A DNA stretch of 57,447 nt from an uncultured delta proteobacterium (GTDB lineage: Bacteria; Desulfobacterota; RBG-13-43-22): assembly GCA_963802945.1 (NCBI GenBank), contig CAWDKY010000039.1, positions 1 through 57,447 of the forward strand, written 5' to 3'. This document shows, in pieces, positions 39,507 to 50,574 of this stretch (the first letter of the stretch is position 1; the number at the start of each line of letters is the position of its first letter). Made by a program: the position numbers and the translations under genes. The notes under the pieces were generated by a model, which did no database searches, was not told where the DNA came from, and saw nothing but the letters and a program-made list of their open reading frames with translations.

Positions 39507-40592
39507 ATGTCCAGAGACGTGCACATTTTCAACGCCGGCCCAGCGGTATTACCGGAGCCGGTACTCGAGTCAACGAGCAAGGCCATACTCAATTTCGCGG
39601 GAACGGGTATGTCCATAATGGAGGTGAGTCACCGGGACAAAAAGTTCGAAGAACTTCTTAACGACACCATAGCCGGCCTGCGTCGGGTCATGGGGATACC
39701 GGACAATTACAAGGTCCTGTTCCTGCAGGGTGGTGCCAGTCTTCAGTTTTCCATGGTACCCATTAACCTTTTAATGGGGGAAAAGACAGCGGATTATATC
39801 GATACCGGCAATTGGTCGAACAATGCCATCAAACAGGCCAGAAAGGTCGGTGCGGTGAATATCGCCGCCACCACTAAGGAGGCCAAATACACGCGTCTGC
39901 CGAAAGCCTCTGAGATCAAACTTACTCCCGGGGCCTGCTACTGCCACATCACCTCGAACAATACCATCGAAGGAACGCAGTGGCACACCTTCCCGGATAC
40001 CCAGGGCGTACCGCTCATCGCCGATATGTCATCCGACATTCTTTCCAAGCGCATCAACGTTTCCGGTTTCGGCCTCATCTATGCTGGTGCCCAGAAAAAC
40101 ATGGGACCGGCAGGCGTGACCGCGGTGATTATCCGTGAAGACCTCATCGGCCAAGCACCGGAAAATACCCCAACCATGCTCGATTATAAGACCTTTGCGG
40201 ATAACAACTCTCTGTTCAACACCTGTCCGGTAACAGCCATCTTCGTGGTGCATGAGGTGGTGAAATGGATCGAGGGCCTGGGTGGAGTGGTTGCTCTCGA
40301 GAAACTCAACGAACAGAAAGCCGGCTTCATCTACGATATCCTCGATAAGAGTTCATTCTACAAGGGTACCGTGGAAAAGGCTTCTCGCTCCAATATGAAT
40401 ATCCCCTACAGACTTCCTAATGAAGACCTGGAGAAAGAGTTCCTGGCCGAGGCCTCCAAGCTTAAGTTGCTCGGACTCAAAGGCCATCGCTCTGTGGGCG
40501 GTATTCGGGCCTCCCTGTATAACGCCTTGCCTGCCGAGGGAGCTCAAAAACTGGCCGAATTTATGATCAACTTCGAAAAGAAACACGGTTAA
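39507..40592 (+). CDS. serC: Phosphoserine aminotransferase
   Basis: FNAGPAVLP, FLQGGASLQF, ADMSSD, YAGAQKNMGPAG, KGHRSVGGIRAS.YNA. Confidence 0.97.
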   Translation: MSRDVHIFNAGPAVLPEPVLESTSKAILNFAGTGMSIMEVSHRDKKFEELLNDTIAGLRRVMGIPDNYKVLFLQGGASLQFSMVPINLLMGEKTADYIDTGNWSNNAIKQARKVGAVNIAATTKEAKYTRLPKASEIKLTPGACYCHITSNNTIEGTQWHTFPDTQGVPLIADMSSDILSKRINVSGFGLIYAGAQKNMGPAGVTAVIIREDLIGQAPENTPTMLDYKTFADNNSLFNTCPVTAIFVVHEVVKWIEGLGGVVALEKLNEQKAGFIYDILDKSSFYKGTVEKASRSNMNIPYRLPNEDLEKEFLAEASKLKLLGLKGHRSVGGIRASLYNALPAEGAQKLAEFMINFEKKHG

Positions 40593-40625
40593 TCAGAAAA
40601 GAAGAAAGATCCATGGTCTCCCCTT

Positions 40626-41714
40626 CTATAACAGAAATGGGAGGCCATGGCGGACCCTATTCAATGCCTTACAACACGGCCCAGGGTTTGTGGGGAGAAA
40701 TATTTTTTCATACAGATTCAAGGCATAGCGGTCGGTCATACCGGCAATAAAGTCCGTCACCTTCTGCGGGTCCGCTTTGGGAGGGTTTTCCGACACCCCC
40801 AAATAAGTATCTAGGAGTCCGGGATCGGAAAGAAAAATCTGATATAATTCCATGATGACCTTTCTGGCCTTGATAAAATCTTCATGAACCCGGCCCAGAT
40901 CATAGACCCGTTCATAAAGAAATTCCCTCAATTTTACCATGGCCTGTAAGACCTCATCCCCTATTAAAAGCCCAGAGGAAGGGTCTTTCAGGCTGTTCAC
41001 AACCAGGTCCCGGACCATGGTATCGATACGTTTTGAACTTCGATCCCCCAAGACCCTCAAACAAAAAGACGGGATGTCCGGTGTTGAAATTACCCCTCCC
41101 CTAAGTGCATCATCAATATCATGACTGATATAGGCAATAATATCTGCCACCCGAACCACCTGTCCTTCCAGGGTCATGGCCTTTTCAGAAGGGTCCTGGG
41201 ATAGGATATCCCCTTTTCCTTTGGAATGTTTTTCAATCCCGTCTCTGACTTCCAGGGTCAGGTTCAGTCCTTTTCCACCTTTCTCTAAATGATCCACCAC
41301 CCGAAGACTCTGTTGGTTATGGTCAAATCCACCAGGAACAATTTGATCCAAGACTTCTTCTCCGGCATGCCCGAAAGGGGTATGACCTAAATCGTGTCCC
41401 AAGGCTACAGCTTCGGTAAGATCTTCATTCAACCCCAGTGCCCGGGCTACCGTCCTGGCAATTTGAGAAACCTCCAAAGTATGGGTCAGCCGGGTTCGGT
41501 AGTGATCACCGGTGGGAGACAAGAATACCTGGGTCTTGTGTTTCAGCCGGCGAAAGGCCTTGGAATGGATGATCCGGTCTCTGTCCCTTTGAAAGGAAGT
41601 TCGGATTGAACATTCCTCTTCGGGTATTGGTCTCCCCCGGCTCTCTGAACTTAAGGCCGCCCAGGGAGATAAGACCTGCTTTTCCTTTTTTTCAATGGTT
41701 TCTCTGATGGTCAT
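40626..41714 (-). CDS. dgt: Deoxyguanosinetriphosphate triphosphohydrolase-like HD protein (probable indel near 40690; PKPWAVL-stop lies in another frame)
   Basis: [55 protein letters not shown]. Confidence 0.93.
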   Translation of the reverse strand: MTIRETIEKKEKQVLSPWAALSSESRGRPIPEEECSIRTSFQRDRDRIIHSKAFRRLKHKTQVFLSPTGDHYRTRLTHTLEVSQIARTVARALGLNEDLTEAVALGHDLGHTPFGHAGEEVLDQIVPGGFDHNQQSLRVVDHLEKGGKGLNLTLEVRDGIEKHSKGKGDILSQDPSEKAMTLEGQVVRVADIIAYISHDIDDALRGGVISTPDIPSFCLRVLGDRSSKRIDTMVRDLVVNSLKDPSSGLLIGDEVLQAMVKLREFLYERVYDLGRVHEDFIKARKVIMELYQIFLSDPGLLDTYLGVSENPPKADPQKVTDFIAGMTDRYALNLYEKIFLPTNPGPCCKALNRVRHGLPFLL

Positions 41715-41863
41715 CGAGCTCACAAAACACGGCAATTGAAATGGTATTCGAAAAAAAATGAATTAACGTTCAACTTTTAAACAAAATTTCCAAAAAAATC
41801 AAATCCATTTCTTAATCTGTTATTTTTATTTACAAATCCTTTAACCTTGGTTAGTATTTTATT

Positions 41864-42943
41864 GTGCGAATCATCAGCCATTACATATCCAAAGAATTCT
41901 TAAAAATAACCTTGCTCTGCCTGGGGATCTTTATCTTTATCTTCCTTTTGGTGGACGTCATGGGAAAGCTGAATGATTTCAATGAGGCCGGGGTGAGCCC
42001 AACCATCATCATCCGCTATTTTATCTATACACTGCCCTTTATCATTAAGCAAATGCTCCCGGTGGCTGTTCTTATGGGCACACAGCTGGTTTTCGGTTTT
42101 TTATCCAAAAGCAATCAAATCATCGCCTTTAAGTCCAGCGGGATCAATATGATCCGTTTGTCTTTTCCGATTATTTTGCTTTCCGCTGCTTCCACCATTT
42201 TCCTTTTGATCCTCGGGGAAATACTGGTGCCTTTCGCCCAGGCCCGTGCCCAGGAAATCTGGAATTATCAGGTCAAAAAAATAGAGCCCCGGGCAGTTCT
42301 GCTTCAGGAAAAGATTTGGTACAAAGGGGATCAAGCTATTTATACTTTTCAAAACTTTAATTTTAAGGAGCAAACAGCGGAAGGAGCATCACTCTATTTC
42401 TTTGATTCCAAATTTATTCTCCAGTCCCGTTTGGATGCTGAAAACGTGATTTGCAAAAACGGAGTCTGGATTTTTAAAAACGGACTTTTCCAATCCTTTC
42501 GGTCGGACGGCTCTTATTTCAGTGAGCCTTTCAGCGAAAAAGCCTTCTTTCTTCCAGAATCCCCGGAAGATTTCCGCTACCAGGAAAAAACCAGTGAGGA
42601 AATGACCTATCCGGAGCTTAAGACCAACATCCAGAAGATTCAACGGGAAGGGTATGATGCCACCAAGTATATTGTAGAAAAATATACTCGTTTGTCCTTC
42701 CCGGTTGTCTGTCTGATCATGGCCATTTTTGGAATTTCTTTGGCCTTGCGCAAAGAAAAAGGCATCGGGATCGCTCAAGGCATTGCCGGAAGTTTGTTCG
42801 TGGCCTTCATTTACTGGATCTTTTTTGGATTTTCCAGATCCCTGGGACTTAACGGGATATTTCCTCCCCTTTGGGCCGCCTGGTCCGCCAATATACTGTT
42901 CTTATTTATGGGAGGCTATCTGCTCCTCAATATCAAGCAATGA
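41864..42943 (+). CDS. lptG: LPS export ABC permease, LptG/LptF family
   Basis: 3 TM + jellyroll + 3 TM layout; NQIIAFKSSGI, PPLWAAWSAN. Confidence 0.85.
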   Translation: MRIISHYISKEFLKITLLCLGIFIFIFLLVDVMGKLNDFNEAGVSPTIIIRYFIYTLPFIIKQMLPVAVLMGTQLVFGFLSKSNQIIAFKSSGINMIRLSFPIILLSAASTIFLLILGEILVPFAQARAQEIWNYQVKKIEPRAVLLQEKIWYKGDQAIYTFQNFNFKEQTAEGASLYFFDSKFILQSRLDAENVICKNGVWIFKNGLFQSFRSDGSYFSEPFSEKAFFLPESPEDFRYQEKTSEEMTYPELKTNIQKIQREGYDATKYIVEKYTRLSFPVVCLIMAIFGISLALRKEKGIGIAQGIAGSLFVAFIYWIFFGFSRSLGLNGIFPPLWAAWSANILFLFMGGYLLLNIKQ

Positions 42944-44744
42944 AAAAGGTTAGTTTTTCCAGTCTCCTTACAAAATCCTTGCCGGCTGTCTATGCCTTAG
43001 CCTTACTATTGACCTTGATAATCTGTTTTACCTATTACTCCACCTTAAAAAAAATAAATCAGGTCATTACCCGGCAATTTAATGATCAGCAGCTTGTCCT
43101 GGCCAGAAAGATTTCCGACCACGTTCAAAACCAGATATCCCATTTGGAAACCTCTTTATTGGAACTGAAGAAGATATTGGAATTGGAAGGACTTCCCGCC
43201 GTCACCAAACTCCAAAATATACTTTTTCAACACCCGGACCTGGTGTCCGGTGATGTCTTGGCCATTCTCATCCTGGATGAAAAGGGAAAGATGGTTCAAA
43301 AAATTCCGGGTAAGGACTGGGATCCCACGGCGATCCCTCTGCCTGTTTCACAACCCCATAGTTTTTTTCTGGAACGTTCAGTGGTTCAAAACCAAGTCTG
43401 GATTGGAAACACCTCCTTTGAAGAAGGAAGATGGACCCTGCCTCTGGGGGTTTCTTTGCAACCAAGGAGTCCTGGAGAAAAACGGATCAAAGGGACCGTT
43501 TTTTTTCTTATTGATGCCGTCCGTATCGCCCAGAAAGCCACTCAGGGGGTGATTTCCGGAACCAGTGGCTATGCCTGGATCATAAATCCCCAAGGTATCC
43601 TTCTGGACCATCCTGAACATACTTTTATCGGTAAAACCATTTTTTGGGTGTTGCAGACCACCAGTCCCCATTTATCTGTCAAGAAAATCGATGATCTGGT
43701 ACGGAACGAATTCCTTAAAAAAAAGAAGGCACTTCCACCTATGTCCTTGGCTGGCATCGTTCACGAAAAACCCCCACTGAAAAATTAGTCGCCTACACGC
43801 CCATCCCTTTTTATAAAACACCGGATCGAAATCTTAGTTCTCAATCGATCCCGGCCTCTGAATTCTGGTCGGTGGCCCTCGTGGTCCCTATTGAAGAAGT
43901 CTCCGGATTGGTTCGAAGTCTTAATTTTCAACAAGCCCTTCTCATAGGTATCTGCCTACTCTGTATTATTATCGTAACCGGGCTTTGGATATTCATGGCC
44001 TACCGCTGGTCCGAATATTTAAAAATCGAGGTGGATAATAAGACCGATGAACTCCAAAAATCTCAGGAAAAGCTGATCCAGTCCGAACGATTAGCAGCTG
44101 TGGGCTCTATGGCCAGCCATATTTCTCATGAGATAAAAAATCCCTTGATCGCCATCGGCGGGCTGGCCGGGCAGCTCAAACGATCTCCGGTTCAAGGTGA
44201 AAAAGAAAAAGATAAACTGGATTTAATCACCACTGAGATTAGTCGTCTGGAAAAAATCTTAGTTGAGGTGCGGGACTTTACACGCCCCACTACCCCCCAC
44301 AAAATAAAATCCCAGATCAACCACCTGGTAACGGATCTAATTCAACTTTTTAATCCAATGTTTGCCGGGCGGCAGATTAAAGTCAAAACAGATTTATCTC
44401 CTGACCTGCCGGAATTTCTCTTTGACCCGGAACAAATCAAACAGGTCCTCCTCAATTTGACCAAGAATGCGGTCGAAGCCATGCCGGAAGGAGGAACATT
44501 ATCCCTTCATACGGAAAGGGACCAAAATTCAGTTCTGATCCGGATCTCCGATACCGGAAAGGGCATGGATAGCAAGATCAAAGAACAATTGTTTCAGCCT
44601 TTTGTAACCAACAAAAAGAAAGGCACCGGCCTCGGCCTGGCGGTTTCTTATAAGCTGGTCCAGGACCATAATGGAGACATCCGGGTCGATTCTTCGGAAC
44701 AGGGGACAACGATGACGGTAGTATTGCCTTTGGAGGCAGCCTGA
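42940..44744 (+). CDS. Cache-domain sensor histidine kinase, split by a frameshift in an A8 run (43717-43724)
   Basis: TM-dCache-TM; SHEIKNPL, QVLLNLTKNA, DTGKG, GTGLGL; adding one A restores EGTSTY..GWH...EKLVAYTP. Confidence 0.88.
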
Positions 44745-44774
44745 GGTAGGATACACCAGGGACGAGAAACATCT

Positions 44775-46721
44775 ATGAAAATGAATCTCTTCGACAAAAT
44801 TATTAAACAGCATCTCTGGAATAAACAAAAGGGAACCAGCGAATCTATCCCTCTAAAAGTGGACCAGGTCCTGACCCAGGATGCCACCGGCACCCTGGTC
44901 TATCTGCAGTTCGAAGCCATCGGACAATCCAGGATCAAAGTCCCTTTGGCGGTTTCTTATGTGGATCATAACACCTTGCAGGCCGATTCCCGCAACCCGG
45001 ACGATCATCGCTATCTTCAAACTGCGGCCGCCCGCTATAGGGCCTATTTCTCCCCAGCGGGAAACGGCATCTGCCATCAAATCCACTTGGAACGGTTTGC
45101 CAAACCCGGCCAAATCTTGCTGGGTTCAGATAGTCACACCCCAACCGCAGGCGGCTTGGGCATGTTGGCTATGGGATGTGGGGGCTTGGATATAGCTGCG
45201 GCCATGGCCGGATTTCCCTATCACTTGTTGAGACCGAAAGTGAGACGGGTTTGGTTGACCGGCCGATTAAAACGCCCCTGGGTTACGGCCACGGATGTGG
45301 CCTTGGAAATGCTACGACATCTGACTGTGCGCGGGGGAGTGGGCTGGGTCAACGAGTTCAATGGTCCGGGGTTATCCGATCTTTCAGTAACCGAACGGGC
45401 CACGATTTGCAATCTGGGTGCCGAACTGGGAGCTACCTCTTCCCTTTTTCCCAGCGATGGGATCACCCGTTCTTTTCTTAAATCGCAAAATCGCTTAAGA
45501 GATTGGCGAGAGCTTCTTCCAGATCCGGACGCCGTCTATGATGAAAACATGCAAATAGCCCTCGAAAAACTGGAACCCCTGGCGGCCAAACCCTTCAGCC
45601 CGGACCATGTGGTGCCGTTGAAAAAATTGACCGGATTAAAAGTGGATCAGGTTTGTATCGGCAGTTGTTCGAATTCCTCCTATGCCGTCTTGAAATCCGT
45701 GGCCGTCATCCTTTCGGGTAAAACCATCCATCCGCACACCAGTCTCTTGATCAACCCCGGTTCCAGACAGGTACTGCACTCCCTGGCAGTTCAGGGGGAT
45801 TTGTTTTCTCTGATCGCTTCCGGTGCGCGTATTCTCGAATGCGCCTGCGGTCCCTGTATAGGCATGGGCGGCGCTCCTCCCGAAGAAGGGATCTCTTTCC
45901 GAACTTTTAACCGCAATTTCAAAGGCCGGAGTGGAACCTTATCAGCCCGAGTCTTTTTATGCAATCCATTGGCAGCGGCCTTGATCGCCCTAAAAGGGGA
46001 AGTGATTGATCCTATGTGCCAAAAAATCCCTATACCAAAAATAATCAATCCTCCTCAAACTTCCTGGCCAGCTCATTTGATCCTGCCGCCGTCCAAAAAC
46101 CCTGGCCAAGTAAAGATCATCCGCGGTCCTAACATCAAGCCTATTCCCTCAAAAAAGCCCATATCCGATACCTTTCAGGCCCGGGTTTTAATCAAAACAG
46201 GGGATCACATTTCCACCGATGATATCCTGCCGGGAGGTTCTGAGGTTTTACCGTTTCGGTCCAATATCCCGGCTATTTCCCGATATACCTTTTCCCGCCT
46301 AGATCCTCATTTTGCCGAAAGGGCCATGGAGGCCAAGGGCGGGGTAATCGTTGGAGGAGAAAACTACGGCCAGGGATCGTCCAGGGAACATGCGGTCCTG
46401 GCCCCGATGCACCTTGGGATTCAAGCCGTAATAGCCAAATCCTTCGCCCGTATTCATCTGAGCAATTTGATTAATTATGGTATCGTACCATTGGTTTTTA
46501 CCAATCCGGACGATTATGACAGCCTAGACCAAAACGATTGGCTTAAATTTAAAAAGCTGAAACAGGCCATTCGGAAGAGACAGGACATCAAGGTCGTCAA
46601 TCAGACCAAACATAAAAGGACTGCCCTCAAGGCCCTGGTTCCAACGGATAAGATAGAAATGCTATTAGCCGGAGGACTGCTGCCCTATATTAAAAAAACA
46701 ATAAAAAAACCCGGGAAATAA
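44775..46721 (+). CDS. Aconitate hydratase (short single-chain type)
   Basis: TQDATG, GNGICHQ, GSDSHT, IGSCSNS, CGPCIG, NRNF.GR, NYGQGSSREHA. Confidence 0.92.
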   Translation: MKMNLFDKIIKQHLWNKQKGTSESIPLKVDQVLTQDATGTLVYLQFEAIGQSRIKVPLAVSYVDHNTLQADSRNPDDHRYLQTAAARYRAYFSPAGNGICHQIHLERFAKPGQILLGSDSHTPTAGGLGMLAMGCGGLDIAAAMAGFPYHLLRPKVRRVWLTGRLKRPWVTATDVALEMLRHLTVRGGVGWVNEFNGPGLSDLSVTERATICNLGAELGATSSLFPSDGITRSFLKSQNRLRDWRELLPDPDAVYDENMQIALEKLEPLAAKPFSPDHVVPLKKLTGLKVDQVCIGSCSNSSYAVLKSVAVILSGKTIHPHTSLLINPGSRQVLHSLAVQGDLFSLIASGARILECACGPCIGMGGAPPEEGISFRTFNRNFKGRSGTLSARVFLCNPLAAALIALKGEVIDPMCQKIPIPKIINPPQTSWPAHLILPPSKNPGQVKIIRGPNIKPIPSKKPISDTFQARVLIKTGDHISTDDILPGGSEVLPFRSNIPAISRYTFSRLDPHFAERAMEAKGGVIVGGENYGQGSSREHAVLAPMHLGIQAVIAKSFARIHLSNLINYGIVPLVFTNPDDYDSLDQNDWLKFKKLKQAIRKRQDIKVVNQTKHKRTALKALVPTDKIEMLLAGGLLPYIKKTIKKPGK

Positions 46722-46814
46722 GCTCATGCGTCCTGACCAGTACTTGGATTGACGGACCGTGTCCAGACAACTCTTCTTACGACTTACACCTACAACTATT
46801 CCATATTAATAACA

Positions 46815-47030
46815 CTAAAAATTGAGGATTACGGATGGAAATATGGGAGAAATGGTTGGACTACCACGGCTTAACGGCCTCGACCCAGAGCTTAAGATTA
46901 GAGAAAAAAAGATGGGCAGGTCCCGCTCGACCATGAGCTTGGATGGGCTCAAGGCCTCCCAGAAATAGAGGATGACTAATCCGATGAACCCTATTAAAAA
47001 AAAGGCACCGATTCCGTGTTCTTTTTTCAT
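46815..47030 (-). pseudogene. Truncated N-terminus of a YfhO-like membrane glycosylation protein
   Basis: TM helix then ERDLPIFF.NLKLW (frameshifted), breaking off after about 60 codons; lies directly behind a pilin gene. Confidence 0.45.
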
Positions 47031-47068
47031 AAAAAAAGGGCCGCAAGAAGAGGGTACGGCCCTTTTAG
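47031..47068. terminator. Bidirectional intrinsic terminator after the pilin gene
   Basis: aaaaaaagggccg...cggcccttttag. Confidence 0.7.
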
Positions 47069-47084
47069 ATACTCCTAAAATAAG

Positions 47085-47434
47085 TTAGGGGGTATGGGTG
47101 GAAACCTGATTCAGGTTGGTAAATGCCCAGGTATAGATTGTGCTGCTGATGGTCGCTACAAAACCGGTCGCATTTGCCACCGCCCCGCCGGTATCAGACA
47201 TATAGGTAAGCACGACGGTCGGATTGAGGCCCGAGGTGGCGGTTCCGTTAACTACGTAATCGGCATAGGCAATACCGGAAGCTGCCTTGAGGCCACCGGT
47301 CATCCCGTTGGCCGCAGCTGCCGCGGCCTTAGCAGTCATGTTGACGTACCTTGGAATAGCTACGGCGGCCAAGATACCGATACAATGACGATAATCAATT
47401 CGATCATGGTAAAACCTTTTTGGTTTTTAGTGAT
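47085..47434 (-). pseudogene. Type IV (MshA-like) prepilin with a 4-nt deletion in helix 1 and no canonical start
   Basis: NQKG|FTMIELIIVI then a shift to IGILAAVAIPRYVNM; SD aggagg is followed by ATC instead of ATG. Confidence 0.85.
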
Positions 47435-47785
47435 GTTATCTCCTCCTCTCGCCTAACATGCCAATGAATAATTTTTGATGCCAATTTCTTATGCTTTATA
47501 ATACCTTCTCTCTTAAGAAACAGGGTCTTTTTGTTCTATTGACACTCCGTTGGTAAGAGGTTACCAAAAAAAAACTTTTAACTTACTTTAGATTTTATAC
47601 GGCTAACATATTTTTTTGTATATATACCACTATCGGTAAAAAATAAATCTTTAGTCCCGGTAGTGGGTCAGTTTGAACTCTTGTGTTTTTTCAAAAAGGG
47701 AAATTTGAAGAGGAAGTAATCTACTCCCTCCGAAAAAGCCTATCAAGAAGCAAGTGTTCAGTGAGGAAAAACCAATTAAAAAAAC

Positions 47786-48242
47786 TTATAATTCAAGGCC
47801 TGACCCTAATTTCCCCTCTTGTATTGACCTTTAATAATCACAATGATACATTAAACTCTTGAGAAAATAAAACATTTCAGGAGGAGACCCATGGCAAAAT
47901 CAATGGATACCAGAAAAGAAACAAAAAAGAAACCGGCTAAAACAGCCAAAGAAAAAAAGAAAGCCAAGCAGGAAAAGAAAAAAGGGAAGTAGTTAGGACC
48001 AGGGCAAGAAAAAAAATCCAGGAAGTGAGTTGAGCGAACCTGCGGGTTGCAGCGTAAACGAATCTATAAGGGAAGGATTGGGGCCAGGTCTTGCAAAATT
48101 ACTTTTTAATTACCCCTGCCATTTTTATCACCTTACTGCCGGTAAGATAAATACCTCCAAAATGTTCCACAATCTCTTTTGGATCATACCGTTGTGGAAA
48201 TATCCCTAAAAAAATTATAATTCAAGACCTGGCCCTAATTTC
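47786..48242. repeat. 28-bp direct repeats (47786-47813, 48215-48242) plus an inverted copy (48077-48096)
   Basis: ttataattcaaggcctgaccctaatttc vs ttataattcaagacctggccctaatttc (26/28). Confidence 0.8.
47891..47992 (+). CDS. 33-aa lysine-rich small protein (below the ORF-track cut-off)
   Basis: TTGACC-17-TACATT promoter (47824-47852), SD ggaggag, MAKSMDTRKETKKKPAKTAKEKKKAKQEKKKGK. Confidence 0.8.
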   Translation: MAKSMDTRKETKKKPAKTAKEKKKAKQEKKKGK

Positions 48243-48257
48243 ATCCTTATTTTCGTG

Positions 48258-49808
48258 TTAAATGATCCCGTCCCAGGCCTTCCGTTCAACCTTGCCGGGG
48301 TCATTTTCCATGATACACTCGTTGTTGAAGAGCATGGTGGAGCGCTCCTGCGTGGTATATTTCGGCCACTTAGGAATCCCCTTATGTTTGGGATTGCCGG
48401 TGCGGGCAAAGGCCGCCCAGGCCTTGCTCATATTGGCTGCCAACTTAAAGCGTTCCGGGGAATGGCCTACCAACCTGATGGATGCATCAACATTGTTGAA
48501 TACATAGGGGATCTCAAAGGTATGCGAGGACTTGAGCCTGCCGCGGGAGACCAGGCTTTCCCAGGTAAACAGGTACATATAGACCGGGGCTTTACCGCCG
48601 GCTTGTTTTCGCTCTGCCAGCCGGATGGAGCCGATCCGTGTCTGGTCGCTGGTGATGGCGATCAAGAGGTCGGCAGGAGTGGCTTTGGGCATGCTCCTAC
48701 GATAGGTGACGATAAGGTCTTCCAATCTATCCTTCAGTATCTGTTTATTCGTCCATCTCCTGGCTCTCTTAAGAATGGTACTACGCATGGATTCTTCATC
48801 ATACTCTTTGATTTGTCCCGTGGCTAAATCAAAGGACAGGAAAAGGGTCATTTCATCCTTGTTGGTGCCGACGATCAGGGGCACCCGGGACCCCGCTGGT
48901 GCGGCCACGGGATCAAAGGGATGGACAGGGATATTTATACCGTCCAATACCGGGGTGGTCTGGTCTCCACCCGGTAGGTTCCCTCCCCTGGTGTAATGCA
49001 GCCAGGCATTATTGAGGACATCGGTGCGGAATTTATGGAGATCATCGATCCGTTCCGGGCTGACACGGACCAGGTCGAGAAACCCCTTGGCATTTCTGGT
49101 CGCCTCTTCCAGGGTCAACACCGTCAGGCAAGGGCCGCTCTGGACCACTGCCCGGTGAAACAGCCCCTTAGCTGCGGGCATAGCCATCAGAACGCTTACC
49201 TTGGATCCTCCTCCGGACTCGCCGAAAATCATGACCTTGCCGGGGTCGCCGCCGAACAGGGCAATATGGTCGCGCACCCATTCAAGGGCGGCCACAAGGT
49301 CAAGTATCCCGGCGTTTCCTGAACCGGCATACCGTTCACCGCACAACTCCCCGAGATGGAGATAGCCGAAGACACCGAGACGATGATTCACTGAGACGAC
49401 GACCACATCGTACGTTTCGGCCAGGGAAGCACCCTCATAATAGGGAAGTTCATTACCGGATCCGGTGATGAATCCGCCGCCGTGAAACCAAACCATCATC
49501 GGCCGTTTCCCATTGTCGTTCAGGCCGCGAGTCCATACGTTCAGGACCAGGCAATCCTCTCCCATGGAGTCAATACCGCCGCCCCCATGAAAATCCGGCC
49601 GTATCAGACCATATGAAGGCTGCCAGCAGGCCTGTCCATAGCGGACGGTTTCCTTCACCCCGGACCAGGGTGGCGGAGGGGTGGGCGGCATAAAACGATT
49701 CGGCCCGTCTGTCGGCCCTCCGTAAGGTATGCCTTTAAAGGAATAGACGCCGTTTTGGGTTGTTCCTCGCACCTTCCCATAGGCGGTTTCCACGGTTGCT
49801 TTTTTCAT
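48258..49808 (-). CDS. Type B carboxylesterase/lipase
   Basis: EDCLVLNVWT, WFHGGGF, FGGDP..V.IFGESGGG, catalytic E (NKDE) and H (SHTFEI). Confidence 0.95.
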   Translation of the reverse strand: MKKATVETAYGKVRGTTQNGVYSFKGIPYGGPTDGPNRFMPPTPPPPWSGVKETVRYGQACWQPSYGLIRPDFHGGGGIDSMGEDCLVLNVWTRGLNDNGKRPMMVWFHGGGFITGSGNELPYYEGASLAETYDVVVVSVNHRLGVFGYLHLGELCGERYAGSGNAGILDLVAALEWVRDHIALFGGDPGKVMIFGESGGGSKVSVLMAMPAAKGLFHRAVVQSGPCLTVLTLEEATRNAKGFLDLVRVSPERIDDLHKFRTDVLNNAWLHYTRGGNLPGGDQTTPVLDGINIPVHPFDPVAAPAGSRVPLIVGTNKDEMTLFLSFDLATGQIKEYDEESMRSTILKRARRWTNKQILKDRLEDLIVTYRRSMPKATPADLLIAITSDQTRIGSIRLAERKQAGGKAPVYMYLFTWESLVSRGRLKSSHTFEIPYVFNNVDASIRLVGHSPERFKLAANMSKAWAAFARTGNPKHKGIPKWPKYTTQERSTMLFNNECIMENDPGKVERKAWDGII

Positions 49809-49841
49809 AACTAAATCCTCCTGTCTTTTTAAGCCGTATTT

Positions 49842-50363
49842 TCATAGAGATCCATCCAATTGATCAGCCACCGATTCCTTGCAGGCCCGGCAGCGCTGCG
49901 CTCCCCTGAAAAGAGGTTTCCCGCAAGAGGGACAGTGGTAGCGTTCGCATTCCAAGCGAGCCCATTCTATACTGCCCTGTTCATCCCCATATTCGGCCAC
50001 TTTAGCCCGCCAGATTGGGACCGTTCTTTTCATTACTCTCCGGCCGGTGGCAAATCCAAACTGCTCTATCAAAGGACATGGCCATTGCTGACATTGATGA
50101 CAGGAATAGTACCCTTTTGATTTTAGGCAATTCCTTATTCCGCAGGTCCGGCAAAACCCATAGAGTGTCTTTGGTGGATCAGGCTGCATACATCCTAAAC
50201 AGGCTGTTTCTTCCGGTTTGGTCCCATAGAGGTTTCCTATGACAGCCCGGAATTTTTCATTGCCGTCCCTGGTTGCCAAGTAAACACCGCAAGTACCACA
50301 GTACAATCCGCAGGGAGCCATTAATGCTTTGTTTTTGATTTCTTCTTCCTTCCATCCTTCCAT
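49842..50363 (-). CDS. Cys-rich DUF3795-like protein
   Basis: APCGLYCGTC, CLGC, CGIRNC, CHQC..WPC, C-terminal zinc ribbon. Confidence 0.8.
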   Translation of the reverse strand: MEGWKEEEIKNKALMAPCGLYCGTCGVYLATRDGNEKFRAVIGNLYGTKPEETACLGCMQPDPPKTLYGFCRTCGIRNCLKSKGYYSCHQCQQWPCPLIEQFGFATGRRVMKRTVPIWRAKVAEYGDEQGSIEWARLECERYHCPSCGKPLFRGAQRCRACKESVADQLDGSL

Positions 50364-50574
50364 TTTTTACTCCTTATGTTAAAATAGTTAATTTATAACT
50401 AACTAAAATATTTTATAAAAGACAAAATTTCTCTTGGTGAATAAACCCAATAAACATCAAGTCTCCATTGGCTGGGTTTTTATGAAGCGGCCTTGGCCCT
50501 CTTTTTCTCCTTGACCCTTCCTTTTACTTGTCTTATACTCTTTCCATCCAAAAGCAAGGTCTTATCAATCAATT

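Noticed and set aside
39507-40592. serC as a horizontally acquired gene (codon usage looks different)
   Set aside because: Impression only; high-expression bias explains it equally well and it cannot be quantified here
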